DNA of 22,064 bases from Myxococcales bacterium (GTDB taxonomy: Bacteria; Myxococcota_A; UBA9042). Of this stretch, positions 15,987-22,064 are shown piece after piece; within the stretch, counting starts at the first letter, position 1, and each line of letters opens with the position of its first letter. Position numbers and translations under genes: made by a program. The stretch lies in contig JBBISH010000106.1 in NCBI GenBank assembly GCA_037441385.1, positions 1 through 22,064 of the forward strand. The letters are read 5' to 3'. The notes beneath the pieces were generated by a model. It ran no database searches, was not told the origin of the DNA, and was given only the letters and a program-made list of their open reading frames with translations.

Positions 15987-17918
15987 CTACGGCACCGAAC
16001 CCCCAGCCGCCAACTTCCGCACCAGTTCGTCCAGCGGCGCGTAGCCGGTCTGCGCGTTGGGCGTGACCCGCCGGCCGTTCACGAACACGGTCGGCGTCCC
16101 CTGGACCCCCGCAAACTTCGCCATGGTTTCTGCGCTCTGCAGCACGGCGTCATAGCGGTCGCGCTCCATCGCCTCGCGCCACTCGGCCGGGTTCAGCCCG
16201 GCCTGGGCCACCGCGTCGGCGATGGTGTCTTCGCTCAGGCCGCGCGCCATTCCCAGCCCCACCAGCCGTGGGTGCAGGGTCTCGAACTGGCCCTTGCTCC
16301 AGGCCAATTGCGCCGCCACCGCCGCCGGCCGGGCCATGGCATGGAAGCTCAGCGGCATCGGCGCCCACACCAGCTGGACCTGCCCGGTGCTCCGCCACTT
16401 GGGCCACCACATGCCCAGCTGCGTCGCCAGCTGCACGCAGTAGGGGCACTGGTAGTCAAAATAGACCACCACTTCCACCTTGGCTTTCTCGGGGCCCTGG
16501 GTCGGCACGCCTTGCGGCCGCGCCTGCACCACGTCGTCGGCCAGCAGCCCGACTTCCTTGCCCTGCGCTACCGCCTGCTGGTAGCCGCTTTGGCCGCGCC
16601 AGCCGGCCGCTTTGGCCCGCTCTAGTTCTTGCTCCACCACCGCCTCGAAGCTCGCTTGCGGCAGCGCGCCCAGAATTCGCCGCCCATTGATGTAGACCGT
16701 GGGGGTACCGTCGGCGCCGGCCTTGTCGGCGGCGTCCATGTCGGCCTCGATCTGGGCGGCCAGGCGGGCGTCGCTGCGGTCGCGCTGCCAGCGCGCCACG
16801 TCCACGCCCACCGCTTTGGCGATCTCGGCCAGGCGGCCGTCGTTCAGGTCCTTGGGATCCTCGTAGACTTTGTCTACAAACTCCCAGAACTTGCCTTGCT
16901 TGCCGGCCGCCAGCGCCGCCAGGTGCGCGCCCACGGCCTGCTTGTGGAACGACATGGGCAGGTGCTTGAACACCTCGCGGATCTGACCCGGAAAGCGCTG
17001 CTTCAGCGCCGCCACGGTGGGCCGCAGCTTGTTGCAGTACGGGCACTGCAGATCGCCAAAGGTGACCAGCGTGACCGCGTAGTCCGGGCTGTCGCTCCGC
17101 TGCATGTCCACGGCGGGATCCACCGGCACTTTCCAGATGGTCTTTAGGTTTTCCGGGTGATCTTCGGGGTCTTCGGCCTTGGGGGCCAACTTGGGCGGCG
17201 GCGGTTCCACACCCAGCAGCAGGTAGTCGGCGACCTTGGCGCCTTTGCCTGGGGCATGGCGCTCCCACGCCGCCCGCGGCGGTTCGCCCGGCCTGGGCGC
17301 GTCCTTCAGCGCCGCCTTCACGGCTTCTTCAAAGGCGTCTTGCGGCTGGGCGCCCACCACCAGCGCGCCGTTCACAAAGATCGACGGCGTCCCCGTCACC
17401 CCTAGCGCCGTCAGCGCCGCCACCTGGTCCGCGATCGCCTTCTCGGCCGCCGGCCCGTCTTGATCGCGGACCAATTGCACCCGGTCCAGCCCGAGTTTTG
17501 CGCCGATCTCGTCGTACAGGTCCGGCCCCAGGCGGTCGCGCGCCGCCAGCAGGGCGTCGTGAGCCTCCCAAAACCGCCCCTGCTTGTGCGCGGCCCAGGC
17601 GAACTTGGCCGCCGGCATGGCTTGGCCGTGGAAGGGCAGGGGGAAATGCACATACCCCACCCGCACTTCCTTGGGGTGGGCCGCGCGCACCGCCTCGATG
17701 GTCGGCGCCACTCGGCTGCAGAATGGGCACTGGAATTCGCTCGCCACCAGCAACGTCACGGGCGCGTTGCTGGGCCCGCGGAACGGGATATCGCCAGCCA
17801 CCACCTGGGCTTGCGCCGGCAGCGCCCACAGCACCGCCAGCTGAATCGCCAGGACCAGCAGTCCCAGCCACAGAGGCTGCGGGCGGTCAACGGAGCGGAA
17901 GTTCGTCTTGAGTGGCAC
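15987..17918 (-). CDS. Secreted DsbA-family thioredoxin-fold oxidoreductase with three tandem CxxC domains
   Basis: EFQCPFC, DLQCPYC and DYQCPYC, each followed by a PLxFH-type motif and a GTP cis-Pro loop. Signal peptide ends AQA. GTG at 17918 has a GAGGA RBS (alternative ATG at 17951). Overlaps the ppk1 3' end. Confidence 0.92.
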   Translation of the reverse strand: MPLKTNFRSVDRPQPLWLGLLVLAIQLAVLWALPAQAQVVAGDIPFRGPSNAPVTLLVASEFQCPFCSRVAPTIEAVRAAHPKEVRVGYVHFPLPFHGQAMPAAKFAWAAHKQGRFWEAHDALLAARDRLGPDLYDEIGAKLGLDRVQLVRDQDGPAAEKAIADQVAALTALGVTGTPSIFVNGALVVGAQPQDAFEEAVKAALKDAPRPGEPPRAAWERHAPGKGAKVADYLLLGVEPPPPKLAPKAEDPEDHPENLKTIWKVPVDPAVDMQRSDSPDYAVTLVTFGDLQCPYCNKLRPTVAALKQRFPGQIREVFKHLPMSFHKQAVGAHLAALAAGKQGKFWEFVDKVYEDPKDLNDGRLAEIAKAVGVDVARWQRDRSDARLAAQIEADMDAADKAGADGTPTVYINGRRILGALPQASFEAVVEQELERAKAAGWRGQSGYQQAVAQGKEVGLLADDVVQARPQGVPTQGPEKAKVEVVVYFDYQCPYCVQLATQLGMWWPKWRSTGQVQLVWAPMPLSFHAMARPAAVAAQLAWSKGQFETLHPRLVGLGMARGLSEDTIADAVAQAGLNPAEWREAMERDRYDAVLQSAETMAKFAGVQGTPTVFVNGRRVTPNAQTGYAPLDELVRKLAAGGSVP

Positions 17919-20250
17919 GGTGTTCCTCGTGGTGTTCCTCGGGATGGTCATGGGTGCGGATCTCGCCGCGCAACAGCGCCTCTTGCAGCGAAAAGGGCTC
18001 CGTGTCGGGCAGTTCGCGCGCCGGCCGCCAGCTGCCGTCGGGCTGCAGCAGCCAGGCGCCCAGGGTGTCTTCCAGCGCCGCCTCCAGGCATTCGCGCCGC
18101 ACCCGCCGCCGCAGCTCGGGGTCGTCGATGGGGAACGCGGCCTCGACGCGCCGGTGCAGGTTGCGCTCCATCCAGTCGGCGCTCGAACAGTACAGGGTGT
18201 CCGACGCGCCGAACCACCACACCCGCGCATGTTCCAGGAATCGCCCCACAATCGAGCGCACCCGGATGTGGTCCGACAAACCGGGCACGCCCGGCACCAG
18301 GCAGCAAATGCCGCGGATGATCAGGTCGATCTGCACACCCATCTGCGAGGCGCGGTACAGGGCGCGGATGATGGTCGGCTCGGTCAGGGCGTTCATCTTG
18401 GCGACGATGCGCCCGCGCAGCCCGGCCTTGGCCAGTGCCGTCTCGTGCTCGATACGACGCAAGATCTCGATATGCATCGTGAACGGCGACTGGAGCAGCC
18501 GCTGCAGGTGCCGCACGCTGCCCAGCCCGGTCAGGGTCAAGAACAGCTGGTGCACGTCTTCGGTCAGCACCTCGTCCGCGGTCAGCAGGCTGATGTCGGT
18601 GTACAGCCGCGCCGTGGCGGGGTGGTAGTTACCTGTGCTCAAGTGTGCGTAACGTCTGACTTTATCCGCCTCGCGCCGCACGATCAGCATCATCTTGGAG
18701 TGGGTCTTGTGGCCCACCACGCCGTAGACCACGTTGGCGCCCGCGTCCTGCAACTCCGTGGCAAAGCTGATGTTGTCGGCCTCGTCAAAGCGCGCCCGCA
18801 GCTCCACCACCGCGGTCACGTCCTTGCCGGCCCGCGCCGCCTGGACCAGCGCCTTCACGAACGGCGAACTGGGGCCAGTTCGGTACAAAGTCTGTTTAAT
18901 TGCAAGAACATCGGGATCCATGGCGGCTTGCCGCAACAATTCGATCACCGGCGCCGCCGAGTCGTACGGATGGTGCAAAAGCAGTGTTTGCTGACGCAGG
19001 ACGTTGAAAATACTTCCTTTAGACTCCAGGGCCTTGCCGTCTTTCACCTTGCCGTGCAGCGCTTTGGGCAGGCGCGGCACCAGCGGCGGCCAGCGCAAAT
19101 CCGGGCGCTCGGCCAAATCCGCGATCGCCGCCAGGCGGTGCAGGTTCACTGGGCCTGGGCAGCGATACAAGTCCATGGAATCAAGCTCGAATTCCGAAAG
19201 GAGGAACTTGGCCAACTCTGGCGTGCAGCCCTCGCCCACCTCGATGCGCACGGCGTCGCCGTCGTTGCGGCGCGTCAGTTCGCCCTTCATCGCCTCTAGC
19301 AGGTCGTCGGTCTCTTCCTCGGCCACAAACAAGTCAGAATCGCGGGTTACGCGAAACGGCACGCAGCCTGTGACCGCCATGCCTGGGAACAACTCGCCCA
19401 CAAAGCGCTGCACCACGCTGGACAGCAGCGTCAGCGCCCGGCCCACACCATCGCCGGGCTGCGGCATCCGCAGCACGCGCGGCAGGACCCGCGGCACCTG
19501 CACGATGGCGATCCCAGACCGCCGGCCAAAGGCATCCGGACCGTCCAGGCTGACTACCAGCACCAGGTTCTTGTTCTGCACGTTGGGGAACGGGTGCGCC
19601 GGGTCCAGGCCAATCGGCGTCAGGATCGGTAACACGTTGGCACGAAAGTACTCTTGCGCCCAGGTGGCCTGCGCCGGGCTCCACTGCTCCGGCGGCAGCA
19701 GCACGATGCCTTCGCGCGCCAGTTCGGGCAGCAGTACTTCTTGAAGGACCCGATATTGTTCAGCTACCAGGCGGTGCACCTCTTCGGCGATGCGATCCAG
19801 CACTTCTTGCGGGCCCAGCCCGTCCAAGGTGTGGGTCGCCACGCCGTAGGCCACCTGCTGCTGCAGCCGCGACACGCGAATCTCGAAGAATTCGTCCAGG
19901 TTCGACGACGAGATCGCCAAGAACTTCAGCCGCTCCAGCAGCGGCACCCGCGTGTCCAGGGCCTGCGCCAAAACCCGCCCATTGAACGCCAGGCGGCTCA
20001 ATTCGCGATTGAGGAACGGACGCCGCAAGTTGCGCTCGGGATTGGCCTCGTCCAGGTTGCCGCTCATACGCACCCCACCTGATTCACGCCTATACGTTTC
20101 TTCTGACTCGCTGTGCAACTGGCGAGAGTCAGGCGGGGACCCCGGTTCTGGCCCCGAGAATTGCCCGAGTTTTCGACCCGATTCGGACGGAACTGCTGTC
20201 AGGGCCGGCAACACGCCCGAATTGCGGCTGGCTGCGGGGGAATCGCTCAT
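17887..20250 (-). CDS. ppk1: Polyphosphate kinase 1
   Basis: Motifs NRELSxLxFNxRVL, PLLERLKFLAISSSNLDEFFEIRV, DPAHPFP, LHHPYDS, IKQTLYRT, ELRARFDE, KTHSK, STGNY, GRFLEH and SSADWMERNL. Start is either ATG 20250 (includes the family B insert) or ATG 20067. Confidence 0.97.
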   Translation of the reverse strand: MSDSPAASRNSGVLPALTAVPSESGRKLGQFSGPEPGSPPDSRQLHSESEETYRRESGGVRMSGNLDEANPERNLRRPFLNRELSRLAFNGRVLAQALDTRVPLLERLKFLAISSSNLDEFFEIRVSRLQQQVAYGVATHTLDGLGPQEVLDRIAEEVHRLVAEQYRVLQEVLLPELAREGIVLLPPEQWSPAQATWAQEYFRANVLPILTPIGLDPAHPFPNVQNKNLVLVVSLDGPDAFGRRSGIAIVQVPRVLPRVLRMPQPGDGVGRALTLLSSVVQRFVGELFPGMAVTGCVPFRVTRDSDLFVAEEETDDLLEAMKGELTRRNDGDAVRIEVGEGCTPELAKFLLSEFELDSMDLYRCPGPVNLHRLAAIADLAERPDLRWPPLVPRLPKALHGKVKDGKALESKGSIFNVLRQQTLLLHHPYDSAAPVIELLRQAAMDPDVLAIKQTLYRTGPSSPFVKALVQAARAGKDVTAVVELRARFDEADNISFATELQDAGANVVYGVVGHKTHSKMMLIVRREADKVRRYAHLSTGNYHPATARLYTDISLLTADEVLTEDVHQLFLTLTGLGSVRHLQRLLQSPFTMHIEILRRIEHETALAKAGLRGRIVAKMNALTEPTIIRALYRASQMGVQIDLIIRGICCLVPGVPGLSDHIRVRSIVGRFLEHARVWWFGASDTLYCSSADWMERNLHRRVEAAFPIDDPELRRRVRRECLEAALEDTLGAWLLQPDGSWRPARELPDTEPFSLQEALLRGEIRTHDHPEEHHEEHRATQDELPLR
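20064..20201 (-). mobile_element. Family B element, complete diverged copy (132-bp core plus TGA/TGA flanks) within the ppk1 5' region
   Basis: The reverse complement aligns without indels to the composite of 21956-22064 and 1-98, and is flanked by TGA on both sides on the minus strand. Confidence 0.85.
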
Positions 20251-20310
20251 CGGCAAAGGTCGCGCGGAACACCGCCGTCCTTGGCCAGTCTAGACCATTT
20301 GGGGGCGTAA

Positions 20311-20500
20311 TACGAACCCTGGCCGCTCCTCGCCCAGGCAGCGTCCGTCGCCGCGGCCCTTGGCTTCCCACCCGCTCCGTGGTCCTGCGCCCGCCTTGCG
20401 GCCCTAGCCGACGGCAAGCTTGGGGCGCGCCGGCCCGCTCCAATCTCGTGGATTCCCGCAGGATGCCTGCGCGGATGCCTGGACTTGGCCAAGGCTTGCA
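20311..20500. mobile_element. Degenerate ~190-bp hairpin element with a family B-like end
   Basis: Begins TAA-TACGAACCC, the reverse complement of the B right end. The far end GGCCAAGGCTTGCA matches the expected GGCCAGGGTTCGTA at 10/14, all mismatches transitions. Inner arms CCAGGCA..GTCCG / CGGATGCCTGG. Confidence 0.5.
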
Positions 20501-20536
20501 GACCCATAGGGGATATGCCACACTCGGGTGTCGCCA

Positions 20537-20562
20537 GCCTTGACTTCTACCGGCGTCAAGGC
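20537..20562. promoter_or_regulatory. Dyad GCCTTGAC-N10-GTCAAGGC, candidate operator
   Basis: Perfect 8-bp inverted repeat between divergent ppk1 and the wHTH gene. A TAAAAT -10-like hexamer lies at 20590-20595. Confidence 0.45.
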
Positions 20563-20615
20563 ATTCCCCAATCCGCGACCTTTGGCCGGTAAAATGTTGT
20601 TTCTCGGGAGGAAAC

Positions 20616-21365
20616 ATGCCAGCACATGCACAGGTGTCCGCGCGCACCGTTGGACTCAGTCCGGCCAAACCGGCCACAGAAGGGGGCGATTCCGCGCGCG
20701 CACCCCGCGTCTTGGGTCCACGTGTGGGGACCATCGAGAGTGAGCGCAAAGTCATCGCCTACTTCTTGGAGCAGACCGCCGCTACCGGCTACAAGTGCAC
20801 CACTTTGCAGGAAGTGGCCGACGCGGTGGGGGTGACCAAAGAAGCCCTGCGGCTCCGCGTGGATACGTTGCGGGCCGACGGCCGGATGCGCCGCGAGCCC
20901 TGCTGGTGCGCGGCCGTCAACACGCCGCATGTGCGGTTCTTTACGCCCAGCGTGACCCTGGACGCGCTGCCGCCCGCCGCCAGCCGTGCTACCCCGGCCG
21001 CGGTGCCTGCGGTGGCTCCTTCGTCCGAGCGGCCGGCCGTCGCAGTCGCCAAACCGGTAGCCGCGCCCGCTCGCACGACGGTGGTAAGTGGCCGTCAGAT
21101 CAAGCAGTTGCTGCCCGCGCACCCCGACACCTGGGCGCTGTTCCGCGTCGCCGGTGCCGTATGGCGCGACCCTGTCGTGGCTTGGGGCGTGTGGGACGAA
21201 GTGGACGGGGGCCAGGTGCGCTCGGCCTCGGGTCCGCTGGTGTTTGGCGGTACTGAACTGGAACCGGCTGCCGCTTCGCCTGGCTATGTGGGCGTGCGCA
21301 TTGGGGCCTACCGCTGCTTGGATGGCAAGCGCAGCTTTGACGACGGCAAAGGCGCAGAAAACTAG
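20616..21365 (+). CDS. LexA-like winged-HTH protein with an Ala/Pro linker and a C-terminal domain of unknown function
   Basis: GGAGG RBS at 20607-20611 and ATG at 20616. VIAYFLEQTAATGYKCTTLQEVADAVGVTKEALRLRVDTLRADGRMRREP parallels the LexA DNA-binding domain. No clear S24 peptidase motifs follow. Confidence 0.7.
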   Translation: MPAHAQVSARTVGLSPAKPATEGGDSARAPRVLGPRVGTIESERKVIAYFLEQTAATGYKCTTLQEVADAVGVTKEALRLRVDTLRADGRMRREPCWCAAVNTPHVRFFTPSVTLDALPPAASRATPAAVPAVAPSSERPAVAVAKPVAAPARTTVVSGRQIKQLLPAHPDTWALFRVAGAVWRDPVVAWGVWDEVDGGQVRSASGPLVFGGTELEPAAASPGYVGVRIGAYRCLDGKRSFDDGKGAEN

Positions 21366-21400
21366 CCAAGCCGGGCGAATTCAGCCAGCCCCAACGTCCA

Positions 21401-21586
21401 CCCCGATCCGCCGCTTTGGGCGCAACTCGGCGTTGCTGCGTCGTCCCAGCTACGGGTTGCCCCACTGGGGCGACCCGTTCACCCTTCGGGCGACCGCTGG
21501 GGCCCTTCTCCCTGCGGCGACCTCTAGGTCGCCTCAGTCGCTCCGTTCCTTGCACCTTGGTTTGCATCCCAAATCGGCGGCCGGGG
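21401..21586. repeat. Large multi-branched palindromic element
   Basis: Outer arms GCCGCTTTGGGCGCAA / TTGCATCCCAAATCGGCGGC. Inner stems ACGGGTTGCCCCA-C-TGGGGCGACCCGT and GGCGACCT-CT-AGGTCGCC. Confidence 0.7.
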
Positions 21587-21676
21587 CGAATTTCGATGGT
21601 GGATCCTGGTCCAGTCGCCGGGCATCGGGCTTGTGCAAAGCAACTCGCTCGGTCGCGTGCGCGCGGAGCGGTGCTT

Positions 21677-21958
21677 CCTGCGTTACCGGTTAGCGACAGT
21701 AACACGAATAGTCCGTATTGTTGTGACGTTGGCCGCATGAGCCCTCACCCCGCCGCTACGCGGCACCCCGCTCTCCCGGCGCCACTGGCGCCACTCGCTC
21801 GCTTCGCTCACCGCGGGGACCCCTCCTCACCCAACGCATTGGGCGATGGGTAACTATTGATTTATCAATAACAACCCTCTCGCCTGAGCGGGAGAGGGTG
21901 GACGGCACCGCCGGCCGGGTGAGGGGGCCAAGCCGTGACCACTGTCGGCATCCTGTAA
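21677..21958. mobile_element. Family A MITE, diverged copy 3; right TIR interrupted by family B
   Basis: Left TIR CCTGCGTTACCGGTTAGCGACAGT. Core 21741-21850 is close to 15502-15610. The right TIR ACTGTCGGCATCCTGTAA stops at TAA, where family B begins. Confidence 0.8.
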
Positions 21959-22064
21959 TACCAGTTCCGTCCGAATCGGATCGAAGACTCGGGCAATTCT
22001 TCGGGCCCGAACCGGGGTCCCCGCCTGATTCTCGCCGGTTGCAGACCGGGTCAGAGAAGCCGTA
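21956..22064 (+). mobile_element. Family B element, copy 3 (right part cut off by the window edge)
   Basis: TAA-TACCAGTTCCGTCCGAATC... The left end is an imperfect inverted repeat of the right end seen at 76-95. Confidence 0.85.

Noticed and set aside
75..19299. Many long alternative-frame ORFs (e.g. 75-1409, 2181-4253, 8714-10651, 11243-13876, 13705-15459, 17908-19299)
   Set aside because: They overlap well-supported genes and have Arg/Ala/Gly/Pro-rich shadow composition typical of high-GC DNA, with no motifs.
20616..21365. Calling this gene lexA
   Set aside because: Only the N-terminal domain resembles LexA; the peptidase domain motifs are not recognisable.
21855..21870. TATTGATTTATCAATA as an FNR box
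   Set aside because: The spacer is 2 bp rather than the 4 bp of TTGAT-N4-ATCAA, and it lies inside a MITE.
6975..21958. CRISPR array or diversity-generating retroelement
   Set aside because: No regularly spaced short repeats with spacers, no cas or reverse transcriptase gene, and no TR/VR pair differing at adenines was seen.
1..22064. Terminal direct repeat suggesting a circular element or composite transposon
   Set aside because: The 69-bp overlap has 2 mismatches and belongs to a dispersed repeat family. Cargo includes housekeeping ppk1 and there are no replication or mobility genes. More likely a contig broken at repeats.

Overview
GC-rich bacterial DNA, most likely Myxococcota-like (inferred from the large Cys-rich lipoproteins). 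Coding content: four large Cys-rich secreted lipoproteins, a 195-aa lipoprotein, a DUF1016-N-like protein, a triple-CxxC DsbA-family oxidoreductase, polyphosphate kinase 1 and a LexA-like winged-HTH protein without a peptidase domain. Most intergenic DNA is small non-autonomous repeats. Family A is a ~283-bp MITE with 22-bp TIRs and an 8-bp TSD (3 copies). Family B is a 132-bp element with TAC...GTA ends and an apparent 3-bp TNA TSD (3 copies plus derivatives). Family C is a ~152-bp structured repeat (3 copies). They are nested: A inside C, and B inside A. The most striking observation is that family B adds exactly 135 nt, is stop-free in one frame, and one copy sits in frame in the 5' end of ppk1, like a Rickettsia-palindromic-element-type coding insertion. 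An 18-bp inverted repeat also brackets an orphan C-terminal fragment of a Cys-rich protein. No transposase, integrase, reverse transcriptase, CRISPR array or RNA gene was recognised. All domain calls are by-eye motif recognition, not database hits.
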